From an uncultured Myxococcales bacterium (GTDB lineage: Bacteria; Myxococcota; UBA727; JABDBI01), in assembly GCA_964368985.1 (NCBI GenBank), contig CAYJDW010000002.1, positions 28,171 to 92,170 on the forward strand: DNA of 64,000 bases, given 5' to 3'. The position numbers and the translations under genes were made by a program. Below the pieces are notes generated by a model. The model did not search any database and was not told where the DNA came from. It was given only the letters and a program-made list of their open reading frames with translations. Positions 39,227 to 48,466 of the stretch are shown piece by piece (the first letter of the stretch is position 1; every line of letters starts with the position of its first letter).

Positions 39227-40597
39227 TTGAAAGTAGGTTTTATGATTAAGCGTGAAACGTGGAGTTCCAAATTAGGATTTATATTAGCGGCAGTTGGCTC
39301 AGCCATCGGGCTTGGGGCCTTGTGGAAGCTGCCTTATGTGATGGGACAAAACGGCGGCGGCGCTTTCATTCTTTTGTTCATTGCCTTTAACTTTGTCATT
39401 GGTTTGCCGCTTTTCATGGGTGAGCTCATCTTAGGACGTCAAAGTGGCAAGGGGATTGTTTCCTCTTTCATGGCTTTTTCAAAACCTGGCAGCGCGTGGA
39501 GCATGGTGGGTTGGCTCACCGTGTTGGTATCGCTCCTAATTTTGGGCTGGTATTGCGTAGTGGCGGGCTGGGGTATTTGCTATATTTTGCTTTCACTCAC
39601 CGATTCGTTTCAAGGTTTGTCGGTGGAAGAAATCGGCGCGAGCTTTGATACTTTTCGTGCGGCTGGCAGTCTCAATGTGACTTTTCAGATAATTTATATT
39701 GCCATCAATGCGGTGATTTTAGGCAAGGGCTTGTCCCAGGGGATTGAGAAGTGGAGTAAGTTCATGACCTCGGGCTTATTCATTGTGCTCATTGGTCTCG
39801 CCCTTTATTCAACTCAGCTCGAAGGTTTTTCCAAAGCCGCTCATTATCTGCTTTATCCTGATTTTTCTGCGCTGACTTCGCGAGGAGTTTTGCAAGCCTT
39901 GGGCTTAGCGCTTTTCACTTTGAGTCTCGCCTATGGCGTTATGATAACCTATGGCTCCTATTTGAAAAAAGACGCCGATATTCCAAAAACCGCCTTAATC
40001 GTCGTGGTGGCAAACCTGGTCGCATCGATATTAATTGCCATCACCATTTTCCCCATGATTTTTAGTTTTGGTTTTGCTCCTCAATCCGGCGAAGGTCTCA
40101 TTTTTAAAACCTTACCCTATGTTTTTGAACAGCTGCCAGGCTCGATGGTTATAGCGCTCGTATTTTTTACCCTCCTGTTATTTGCCGCCCTCACTTCGTC
40201 GCTTTCGATGTTTGAGGTGGTGGTTGCGAACTTTACTGATTTAAACGGTATGTCTCGTAAAAAAGCCGTTTTAATCACCTCGTTCATCGTGTTTGTTTTG
40301 GGTCTTCCCACGGCAATCTCGGGCGAGAACGGCATTTTTCCTGCCTGGGAACGGATCTTTGGCGAATCCTTTATGGAAACCAATATTTTATTGGTGGACT
40401 GGATTTTAGTAATCGTCGCGTTTTTCACGACTATTTTCATCGCCTTCAAACTCAGTTCGGAAGTGCGCTCCGAGGGATTTTTATCGGGCACCAAATATTC
40501 TTTCCTCTACGGGCCGTGGATTTTATTGCTCAGAACCATAGTGCCGTTGGCTATTTTGTTGGTTATCGCTCATCGAGCGCAAATAATTCATTTCTAA
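39227..40597 (+). CDS. Sodium-dependent transporter, neurotransmitter:sodium symporter (NSS/SNF) family
   Basis: N-terminal W..KLGFILAAVGSAIGLGALWKLPY and GGGAFIL NSS signature. About 12 TM helices. Confidence 0.8.
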   Translation: MKVGFMIKRETWSSKLGFILAAVGSAIGLGALWKLPYVMGQNGGGAFILLFIAFNFVIGLPLFMGELILGRQSGKGIVSSFMAFSKPGSAWSMVGWLTVLVSLLILGWYCVVAGWGICYILLSLTDSFQGLSVEEIGASFDTFRAAGSLNVTFQIIYIAINAVILGKGLSQGIEKWSKFMTSGLFIVLIGLALYSTQLEGFSKAAHYLLYPDFSALTSRGVLQALGLALFTLSLAYGVMITYGSYLKKDADIPKTALIVVVANLVASILIAITIFPMIFSFGFAPQSGEGLIFKTLPYVFEQLPGSMVIALVFFTLLLFAALTSSLSMFEVVVANFTDLNGMSRKKAVLITSFIVFVLGLPTAISGENGIFPAWERIFGESFMETNILLVDWILVIVAFFTTIFIAFKLSSEVRSEGFLSGTKYSFLYGPWILLLRTIVPLAILLVIAHRAQIIHF

Positions 40598-40607
40598 GAG
40601 GCTTTTT

Positions 40608-41963
40608 ATGGAAACAGTTCGACGTGAACATTGGCGGTCGCGCCTGGGAATTATTTTTGCCACTAGCGGCTCAGCCATCGGCCTTGGTACCCTGTGGAAG
40701 CTGCCCTATTTGGTTGGCCAAGGCGGGGGCGGTGCTTTTATCGCCATGTTCTTGGCTTTTACCATGCTTCTTGGCACGCCCCTTTTTGTGGCTGAATTAG
40801 TTTTGGGTAAACACTATCAAAAAAGCGTAGTGGCGATTTTTAATAAAGTTCCATCGGCATCAGGCGCCATCTCTTTGCTCGGCTGGATTGCCATAATCGC
40901 CACCTTCTTAATCGCAGGCTGGTATGGGGTAGTTTCAGGCTGGGGCATCAACTATTTGCTCATGGCTTTGACCGATGCCTTTAGTAATCGCACTCCCGCC
41001 GATTTTAATGAGATTTTTAGGCAATTTCGTTCCTCAGGCGCACTCAACATGATGTGGCAGGCGATCTTCGTCGCTATTACTTGTTTAGTGCTGGCTCAGG
41101 GTATCAAGGACGGTATTGAACGTTTCAGTAAACTTTTTTTCTCACTCCTCTTCTTGCTCGTGATTGGCCTATTTTTATACGCCACTACCTTGAGCGGATT
41201 TGATCAAGCTTTGCATTATATTCTTGACCCTGATTTCTCCAAAATTGATCGCGCCACCGTGCTCGCAGCTTTGGGTCTAAGCTTATTTACCCTCAGCCTC
41301 GGCCAAGGCATTATGGTGACCTATGGCAGCTATTTGACCAAAGGCGAGAGTATTTTTAAGACGGCCTTTATTGTGAGTTTCTCGGTAGTGGCCATTTCGA
41401 TTTTAATCTCCTTGATGATTTTCCCCATGATCTTCACCTTCGGCTTTCCGCCTGAATCAGGCGAGGCTTTGTTGTTTGTCACCATGCCCTTTGTGACAGA
41501 ACAATTACCCGGCTCCATGGCTATCTCAGCGCTGTTTTTTATGTTGTTGATCTTTGCCGCGCTCACTTCCTACATTGGTCAATTGGAAGTTTTGGTGTCT
41601 TGTTTCATGGAAAGTTTTAGCCTCTCAAGAGCCAAAGCCGCCTTGCTATCAGGCCTAGGCTGCTTCGTGGTGGGCGTACCTATTGCCCTCATGATGAGCG
41701 AACATAATCCTTATCCTAGTTTTGAAGCTATTTTTCACCGTTCTTTGCTGGATACGGTTTATATCATCATCGATTGGTTGCTCATCATCTTTTCCTTGGG
41801 CGTTTGCGGCGTAGTTGGCTATAAGTTATCGCCGGGCGATGTTGCCCAGGCCCTAAACATGAAAACTACCCATCTAGGTTTTGTCATGTGGCGTTTTTTG
41901 ATTCGCCTCGTGGTGCCTTTTTGTTTATTGTTGGTGGCTTTTTCCCGCATAGGTTGTCAGTGA
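40608..41963 (+). CDS. Sodium-dependent transporter, NSS/SNF family (tandem paralog)
   Basis: Same signature (WRSRLGIIFATSGSAIGLGTLWKLPY, GGGAFIA). It is collinear with the upstream paralog. Confidence 0.8.
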   Translation: METVRREHWRSRLGIIFATSGSAIGLGTLWKLPYLVGQGGGGAFIAMFLAFTMLLGTPLFVAELVLGKHYQKSVVAIFNKVPSASGAISLLGWIAIIATFLIAGWYGVVSGWGINYLLMALTDAFSNRTPADFNEIFRQFRSSGALNMMWQAIFVAITCLVLAQGIKDGIERFSKLFFSLLFLLVIGLFLYATTLSGFDQALHYILDPDFSKIDRATVLAALGLSLFTLSLGQGIMVTYGSYLTKGESIFKTAFIVSFSVVAISILISLMIFPMIFTFGFPPESGEALLFVTMPFVTEQLPGSMAISALFFMLLIFAALTSYIGQLEVLVSCFMESFSLSRAKAALLSGLGCFVVGVPIALMMSEHNPYPSFEAIFHRSLLDTVYIIIDWLLIIFSLGVCGVVGYKLSPGDVAQALNMKTTHLGFVMWRFLIRLVVPFCLLLVAFSRIGCQ

Positions 41964-42025
41964 AGAATATTTAGGCGGGGACTTATGCTAATTGTAGATA
42001 ATACTCTTATTTAACGAGGTATCCC

Positions 42026-42364
42026 ATGTCGAAGTATTGCCCTGCCTGCAAAAGCGAATTTCACGATGGCATTAAAATCTGCCCTAGCGATAATGAGAAT
42101 CTCGTTGATCATTTGGATGACGACGATTTATTGGTGGATATTTACCTCGCCAAAGATGAAATCGAAGCAGAGCGCATCATCAGTTATTTGCGCTCTGAGG
42201 GGATTAACTGCCAAGAATCAGATACCGGTATCTCACAATTGCCCGCAGCAGGTGATAAAGGTTTCGTGATATTGGTAGCAAAAAGCCAACGAGCTGAAGC
42301 CAAAGTATTTCTTGAAGAAGCGCGCCGTGATCAGGTAATTTCCAGCTCTGGTACTTTTTTGTAG
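42026..42364 (+). CDS. Small protein with N-terminal zinc-ribbon (CPACx..CPSD) and DUF2007-like C-terminus
   Basis: CxxC...CxxD pairs at the N-terminus. No catalytic motif. Confidence 0.4.
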   Translation: MSKYCPACKSEFHDGIKICPSDNENLVDHLDDDDLLVDIYLAKDEIEAERIISYLRSEGINCQESDTGISQLPAAGDKGFVILVAKSQRAEAKVFLEEARRDQVISSSGTFL

Positions 42365-42372
42365 GGGGTAAT

Positions 42373-43098
42373 ATGGCTTTGGACAGCATGAAGTCGGCTC
42401 AGATTCCTTCTTCCATCGATAAAAAAACCTCGCTGGTTTTAGTTTCCGCAACGATGCTCACCATGCTGCTCTACGTCGTGCCAATTTTTCGACCTCTGGC
42501 CTATCCATTTTTATTGCTATCGACCCTGGTTCATGAGATGGGACATGGACTTGCAGCGATTTTAGTGGGCGGTCATTTTAATTCGTTCACCATGTGGGCC
42601 GATGGTTCGGGAGCGGCCAATATTAGTGGCGATTTTAGTCGTTTTTCCAGAGCCTTAGTGGCGGCCGCGGGTTTAGTGGGGCCTGCCATTGCTGCCAGTA
42701 TATTTTTTGCGAGCATAAGGTCGCAGCGTCGCTCGCGAGTCATTTTGGCGAGTTTTGGTATTATATTATTGCTCGCCATTTTATTGGTTGTACGCAATCT
42801 TTTTGGCGTAGCCTTTGTCGCAGGCATATCGGCCTTATGTTTGTTTTTTTCCCTTGGTGCGGCCAAAGCTCACGCCCAAACTTTAGTAACTTTTTTGGCC
42901 GCCCAGCTGTCTCTAAGCGTATTTTCCCGCAGCGATTATTTATTCACCGATGTGGCCCAAACCAGCGCCGGTAGCATGCCTTCCGATGTAGCTCAAATGG
43001 CGGATGCTTTGTGGCTGCCTTATTGGTTTTTTGGGGCGCTTTGTGGGGTGTTTTCTATTGGTGTTTTAGTGTTTGGGATTAAGAGGATATTTAGGTAA
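42373..43098 (+). CDS. Integral membrane putative zinc metalloprotease (HExxH; M50B-like)
   Basis: LVHEMGHGLAA HExxH motif within the first TM region. About six TM helices. Confidence 0.45.
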   Translation: MALDSMKSAQIPSSIDKKTSLVLVSATMLTMLLYVVPIFRPLAYPFLLLSTLVHEMGHGLAAILVGGHFNSFTMWADGSGAANISGDFSRFSRALVAAAGLVGPAIAASIFFASIRSQRRSRVILASFGIILLLAILLVVRNLFGVAFVAGISALCLFFSLGAAKAHAQTLVTFLAAQLSLSVFSRSDYLFTDVAQTSAGSMPSDVAQMADALWLPYWFFGALCGVFSIGVLVFGIKRIFR

Positions 43099-43160
43099 TT
43101 ATTGGCTTAATTAGTATTCCTCTCTTCTAAATTCCATCTCAAAGCCCTATTTGAAGCCTT

Positions 43161-44216
43161 ATGTTTAAAATCGGCCCCTATGAAATAAAAAATCCCACCA
43201 TCCTCGCTCCCATGGCAGGCGTGAGCCAAATGCCTTTTCGGCGTTTAGCCTTGCAATTGGGTGCAGGTCTTGCTCCTACCGAGCTAATCTCGGCCAAAGG
43301 ACTTACTTTTGGTAATCTTCGGACCAAAAGTTATTTGGCTTATGACCAAGAAGTGGAACGGCCTTTTTCGGTACAGCTTTTTGGTGGGGAAGCGGAATCC
43401 ATGGCGGTGGCTGCGGCTCAGGCGGTGAAGATGGGTGCCGAGATTATTGATATCAACATGGGCTGCCCGGTAAAAAAGGTGACTAAAACCAATGCCGGCT
43501 CTGCCCTCATGTGCGATTTTCAACGGGCAGAAACTATTGTTAAAGCCATGCGAAAGGCTACGGGTGATAAAATTCCCATCACGGCAAAAATCCGCTCGGG
43601 GTGGGATGCGCAAAACTTGAATTATTTAGAAGTAGCGCGCGCCTTGCAAGGGGCAGGCATCGCTGCGCTCGCTATTCATCCTCGCACGCGTGCTCAGGGT
43701 TATGCGGGTTTGGCTAATTGGGACCACATCGCTGACCTCAAAGCCCATCTTTCTATTCCTGTTATTGGCAATGGCGATGTCAAAAATGTGAAAGATGCCC
43801 AAAAAATGCGTGAACAAACTGGCTGCGATGCGGTGATGGTTGGGCGTGCAGCTTTAGGAAATCCGTGGATTTTTCGTGAACTTGCAGGGCACGTGGGAGT
43901 GGTGGCAAGCGAAGAGCGTCGCCTCGTCGTTATCAAGCATTTACTGGATCATATCGAGCTTCGGCGAGAAATCGAGGCAGAAGAAGCCTGTCGGCCCTTT
44001 AGTATGACCCAAACTCTAAAAAGTTTTCGTTCCCATCTGATGTGGTATTCCACCGGAATGACGGGGGGCGCCAAGTTTAGGCAACAGGTTATGAACACCG
44101 AAGAATATCAAGCGACCCTCGACCTCATCGACGAGTTTTTTAGTAATTCCAAAAAGTCTCAAAACGAAGTTGAGAACGGCGACGATGGCATCGATTATCG
44201 CCAGGCTTTTGGTTGA
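43161..44216 (+). CDS. dus: tRNA-dihydrouridine synthase
   Basis: N-terminal LAPMAGVSQMPFRRL, DINMGCPVKKV with the catalytic Cys, and a TIM-barrel plus helical C-terminal domain. Confidence 0.85.
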   Translation: MFKIGPYEIKNPTILAPMAGVSQMPFRRLALQLGAGLAPTELISAKGLTFGNLRTKSYLAYDQEVERPFSVQLFGGEAESMAVAAAQAVKMGAEIIDINMGCPVKKVTKTNAGSALMCDFQRAETIVKAMRKATGDKIPITAKIRSGWDAQNLNYLEVARALQGAGIAALAIHPRTRAQGYAGLANWDHIADLKAHLSIPVIGNGDVKNVKDAQKMREQTGCDAVMVGRAALGNPWIFRELAGHVGVVASEERRLVVIKHLLDHIELRREIEAEEACRPFSMTQTLKSFRSHLMWYSTGMTGGAKFRQQVMNTEEYQATLDLIDEFFSNSKKSQNEVENGDDGIDYRQAFG

Positions 44217-44309
44217 TTTACGCAACTCCTTCACTCGTTACACAACGAGTGGGAGCCCAGAGTTTGGCGATTCCTTGGCCCAAGAAAGCCCGCGCTGGGC
44301 CATATGTAA

Positions 44310-44858
44310 TCAGAAACCATTGGCCAAGAGATCTTCACAGCGATGCCAACCACTGATCGACCCTCTCATATCCTCAGAAAAAACAATATGTGGTGCAAAA
44401 TTTCGGCTCGCCGCCATTCTGTATTCATCATTGTTTTCTATTAATCCAGAGGACAAAGCGAATTCTCTAAGCTGCTCGCATTTGATATTGTCGCTCTCTT
44501 TGGGCCAATGGATTGGATTGAGGGATGTGGCATTTGGCGGAAGCTGGCATCTCGATACTTCACCGGAGATGAAGCAAAATCTCGCAGCATCGTAAATATC
44601 ATTCATAGCTGTCGCATATTGAGCCGCATTGGAGCGCAAAATGTCCTCTTGAGATCGAGTCAGTGAATATTCACTTCTACTATCGCCAAATAGTATTGCT
44701 CTAAGTCTCGCAACATTGGCAGATATATCTTGGTACCAGTTAAACAACTCCGCTACTTGTCGCGTTTGAAAATCAGCAAATTGACTACCTATTCTCGGGA
44801 CCAATGATTTAATATGCGTCGTGATAAATTGGATAGGTACTGCACGAGAATGATTCAT
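44310..44858 (-). CDS. Hypothetical protein (possibly the 3' part of a frameshifted gene)
   Basis: 182-aa ORF with no motifs. It overlaps the 3' end of the 44809-45204 ORF. Confidence 0.3.
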   Translation of the reverse strand: MNHSRAVPIQFITTHIKSLVPRIGSQFADFQTRQVAELFNWYQDISANVARLRAILFGDSRSEYSLTRSQEDILRSNAAQYATAMNDIYDAARFCFISGEVSRCQLPPNATSLNPIHWPKESDNIKCEQLREFALSSGLIENNDEYRMAASRNFAPHIVFSEDMRGSISGWHRCEDLLANGF

Positions 44859-45204
44859 ACCTCTCGTAAAGTAAGTCCTCCGGCATATCGGAAAGCTCGG
44901 GTTGCAAGCGCGGATTTCTTAAAACATATCTGCCATAATCTGATTTAAACAGTAGTAGCCACGAGAGTGAATCTGATTGAAAAGTGGACTCATTTTCTAG
45001 CTGGACCGATCCTTCACAAGAAACAAAGAGGAAACCACCGCCAAGATAAAGCCTACTGCTTGGGTGATATTGATACATTTCCGAATTCGCATGGATGCAA
45101 GAAATAAAGATAGATAAAAATAAGATGCACGTCGATCTCGGCATTTTTTTCTCTTCTAAAGGTTTGAGCACTATCTTGTCAAACATGCAAAACCATGAGG
45201 ACAT
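44809..45204 (-). CDS. Hypothetical protein (possibly the 5' part of a frameshifted gene)
   Basis: 131-aa ORF with a hydrophobic N-terminus. It overlaps the downstream ORF by 50 nt in a different frame. Confidence 0.3.
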   Translation of the reverse strand: MSSWFCMFDKIVLKPLEEKKMPRSTCILFLSIFISCIHANSEMYQYHPSSRLYLGGGFLFVSCEGSVQLENESTFQSDSLSWLLLFKSDYGRYVLRNPRLQPELSDMPEDLLYERYESFSCSTYPIYHDAY

Positions 45205-45210
45205 TGTTCC

Positions 45211-46758
45211 TCACTCTCCCGCATAAAGCTCAAATTGGCTAAATCGTAGCGGGTCAATGAGCTTTGGTCTTGGTTGTTTACTTTTGGTTTTCATGTAGTT
45301 TCGAAATTCAGTGGGGCTTTGCGGGCCGCCCATATTTTTTAGATAAATCGCATGGGCCAGTGCCAAAGGTGTTGCCCACGATGTCGACATTATCTTAATA
45401 ACCATCGGTGTTCTGAATCCCAAAGACCTATAGTGGAGAGCATTCTTGCCAACTTTGATCGGCTCAGGCTCAGTTAGAGAAGCCGAATCTAGCCCACCTT
45501 CGCTAACGCCTCCATTGATGTAAGCACTCGCGCAAAAAACTTGATTTAGTTGCTCTTTTGCCAACAAGGTGGAATCAAATCCGCCTCTCTCATCGAATTC
45601 ATAATCTGCTGATGAGAAATAACCAACTCTGACGAAATTCTCATACTCCGCGGCCACCAATTCATCACCTTTATTTTCAGGTCGGTACATTGAATGGTCG
45701 GTATTTGGCAAACTTTGAAAAACAGAAATATTTGGGATTTCACTCAGTTTCCTAAAAACAAAAGTTTCTAACTCTAGAAACCTGTCTATTGCATCTTTAT
45801 CGATTGCACTAAAAGGCTTACTTCCAGTTGTTGCGCAAGCCATATTATAATTTCTTTTCAAAGCCTCAGGGCTTGGTGCTTCCGATATATTTACATAGTT
45901 AATTTTATGAATGTCGATGATCTTCAACACCTGAATCATGGCATGAGAAAGAATAGTCGACATCCTGCCCAGATTATCTCCTTCATCGAAATGGCAAAAA
46001 TCAAAAGAGATAAAGTTTGTAGGAAATTCGGCTATCACGAATTGAGCTTCAGGCACTAGATCAGCTAACCACTCAAAGATCGGTACGCCATGGCTCAAAA
46101 ATGGTTGATGCTTTAGTTTTGCAGCAAAGCCGTTGTTCCTGAGTTTCGCTATATCAAGCGCTTCAGCGGGAACATGGTAGGGGAGATTGCTCAAATATTC
46201 TGAAATCTCGTCGAGCGGCGAATAGACCTCGGTATCCGGAAAATACTCCTCATATTTGGGCGAGCTTTTTGAAAATTTATAAAATCCTAAAACTCTCTTT
46301 TTATACCGAAGCATTGCAGAATCAGGTACAAAAAAACTCTCAAAAATTAAAATTCTCTGTCCCAAACTCTCGGCCCTTGGTTGGGCTGGCGAGAATTTCA
46401 ATAATTTTGTCGGACAATTTGGTACAACACATTTTTCCCTCCACTTATCAATAATGAAATCTATGTTGGTTGCTGCTTCAATCGACTGCGCCTGAGTAGC
46501 TACCCGCGGTAAGGGCTCAGTGCGTGATGCACTGGTTGTAAAAGCAAGTGACTTATTACTTGTTTCACCATGTTGCAGGTCATCACAGGCCAAAAGGGCC
46601 GAGGAAGCAACGGCAATTAAGCAAGCAAGCAAATGCGACTTCTTATTCATCGGAGTTTTGTCCTTCTTAAATTGGTTCATCCCAAAAGGGCATGAACGCT
46701 CTATCCACTTCATCATCCATTCCTGAACGGTAGAGATAAGAACTAATCGCGTTAGCAT
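45211..46758 (-). CDS. Hypothetical lipoprotein; C-terminal MSTSWATPLALAHAIYL resembles the subtilase catalytic-Ser box
   Basis: Signal peptide plus lipobox (LLAC). The Ser box resembles GTSMATPhVAGaaAL, but the Asp and His boxes are not clear. Confidence 0.4.
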   Translation of the reverse strand: MLTRLVLISTVQEWMMKWIERSCPFGMNQFKKDKTPMNKKSHLLACLIAVASSALLACDDLQHGETSNKSLAFTTSASRTEPLPRVATQAQSIEAATNIDFIIDKWREKCVVPNCPTKLLKFSPAQPRAESLGQRILIFESFFVPDSAMLRYKKRVLGFYKFSKSSPKYEEYFPDTEVYSPLDEISEYLSNLPYHVPAEALDIAKLRNNGFAAKLKHQPFLSHGVPIFEWLADLVPEAQFVIAEFPTNFISFDFCHFDEGDNLGRMSTILSHAMIQVLKIIDIHKINYVNISEAPSPEALKRNYNMACATTGSKPFSAIDKDAIDRFLELETFVFRKLSEIPNISVFQSLPNTDHSMYRPENKGDELVAAEYENFVRVGYFSSADYEFDERGGFDSTLLAKEQLNQVFCASAYINGGVSEGGLDSASLTEPEPIKVGKNALHYRSLGFRTPMVIKIMSTSWATPLALAHAIYLKNMGGPQSPTEFRNYMKTKSKQPRPKLIDPLRFSQFELYAGE

Positions 46759-47157
46759 ACACCTGCTTGAGTTTGGGCAGGTATCCCACGCGAGCGAAAA
46801 AGGTTTTTACATCCCTCATTCGGCGGTGTGCATGACCATCAAGACCCGGAATTACCACTCAACAACATCCCCAGCTCCCCATCACCCAGAGGATCGGAGT
46901 AAAAGATATTAATTTTTTAAAAACGCTAAAATGTTCATGAAAATTATTTATGCATTCAACAAGCTGGATGTAGTCCAGTGCTTGACGCCTAGCATTTGCA
47001 TGGCAGATTAGAGACATGAATCAAGATCTATTGACCAACTATCTCTATGCTTCTCATTATTACGCCGGCTAGGCGTATATAATTATCTCCCTACATAAGC
47101 GATTTTTTTATTAAACAAAGGTTTTAGTTTAAACTTTAGTAAAGATATTGGTGAAAA

Positions 47158-47949
47158 ATGACAAAAAGCAAATACGAAGCGAAGCTGCCTAATCATTTGG
47201 GTATCGTGGATTTTAGCAATGAAGAAGATAGCGTTTGGCATGAGCTCTATGAGCGGCAAATTAAGCTTTTGCCAGGCCGAGCCTGCGATGAATTCTTGCT
47301 AGGCTTAAAGACGCTCAATCTTGATCCTAAAAAAGTCCCACAGCTGAGCGAAGTTTCTCGTACTTTGGGGCAGGCGACGGGCTGGGCCTTGGCGCCAGTT
47401 AAGGCGTTGATTTCATTCAAGGAATTTTTTGATCTCTTGGCTGCTCGGCAATTTCCAGCGGCAACTTTTATTCGCCTACGCGAGGATCTCGATTATTTAA
47501 AAGAGCCAGATATTTTTCACGAAATTTTTGGTCATTGTCCACTTCTGACCAATCAAGCATTTGCGGATTTTACACATCAAGTAGGCGTACTCGGCCAAAT
47601 TATGACCAAAGAAGAGCGCGTGATGTTGGCCCGTCTTTATTGGTTCACGGTTGAATTTGGTTTGATCAAAACCGCTGGCGGCGTGCGCATTTATGGTGGT
47701 GGTATTTTGTCGTCGAAGGGGGAAAGTGTTTATGCCCTTGAAAGTGAGATTCCGGTGCGGGAGTCTTTTGATTTGCTGACGGTCTTACGCACTCCTTATC
47801 GCTACGATGAAATGCAGAAAAAATACTTCATCATTGATTCATTTGCTGATCTTTTTAAGCTCGTCAGTGAAGATTTGCGTGAAGTGTTTAAAGAGGCTAA
47901 GGCTAAGGGGGTCATCACCGAAAATGATAACGAGATGAGGAGCTGCTAA
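47158..47949 (+). CDS. phhA: Phenylalanine-4-hydroxylase (biopterin-dependent aromatic amino acid hydroxylase)
   Basis: Iron-binding HEIFGHCPLL motif and LARLYWFTVEFGL. At 263 aa it is the size of a bacterial PAH. Confidence 0.85.
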   Translation: MTKSKYEAKLPNHLGIVDFSNEEDSVWHELYERQIKLLPGRACDEFLLGLKTLNLDPKKVPQLSEVSRTLGQATGWALAPVKALISFKEFFDLLAARQFPAATFIRLREDLDYLKEPDIFHEIFGHCPLLTNQAFADFTHQVGVLGQIMTKEERVMLARLYWFTVEFGLIKTAGGVRIYGGGILSSKGESVYALESEIPVRESFDLLTVLRTPYRYDEMQKKYFIIDSFADLFKLVSEDLREVFKEAKAKGVITENDNEMRSC

Positions 47950-48278
47950 TGAGCGAATTGACCGAAAAAAAATGCCAAGCCTGCGAAGGCGGCGTGCCAC
48001 CCGTAGGCCCAATCGAGGCGAAACGCCTGCTTGATCAAATACCGGGCTGGGTGCTTGATAAGGATGCGAAATACCTCGAGCGCAAATTTAAGTTCAAAGG
48101 TTTTTACGCCACTATGAGCCTTGTAAACGCTGTCGCTTATATGGCCCAAAAAGAAGGCCATCACCCCGACATGCAGGTGGGTTATGACTATTTGACGATC
48201 AAATTCACCACCCATGCTATCGACGGGCTTAGTGAAAATGATTTTATCTGTGCAGCGAAGGTTAATGCCTTGTTATAA
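47949..48278 (+). CDS. phhB: Pterin-4a-carbinolamine dehydratase
   Basis: 109 aa. EGHHPD active-site motif. The start overlaps the phhA stop. Confidence 0.8.
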   Translation: MSELTEKKCQACEGGVPPVGPIEAKRLLDQIPGWVLDKDAKYLERKFKFKGFYATMSLVNAVAYMAQKEGHHPDMQVGYDYLTIKFTTHAIDGLSENDFICAAKVNALL

Positions 48279-48355
48279 GTTTTCGGCCCCGCCTACATAA
48301 AATAGGCCAGCCGAGAGGAGACTGTCGATAAGCGCTAAACTTCTCTATTTGTCAG

Positions 48356-48422
48356 CCTCGTGCTTGACACGAGGATCCACGAAGTGCCTCATAACCTGGA
48401 TACTCGGGTCAAGCCCGAGTAT
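48356..48422. terminator. Two consecutive strong hairpins (cctcgtg-cttga-cacgagg; atactcggg-tcaag-cccgagtat) downstream of phhB
   Basis: Perfect 7-bp and 9-bp stems read directly. No classical T-tract. They could be a terminator, a REP or an sRNA. Confidence 0.4.
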
Positions 48423-48466
48423 GACAAATTAGCGTTTATCGATAGTCTCTAAGATATAGGTAGTAT

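Noticed and set aside
46860-47157. Putative sigma-70 promoter (ttgacg ... tatataat) upstream of phhA
   Set aside because: The spacing between the -35-like and -10-like hexamers does not fit 16-19 bp. I could not support a promoter call from the sequence alone.
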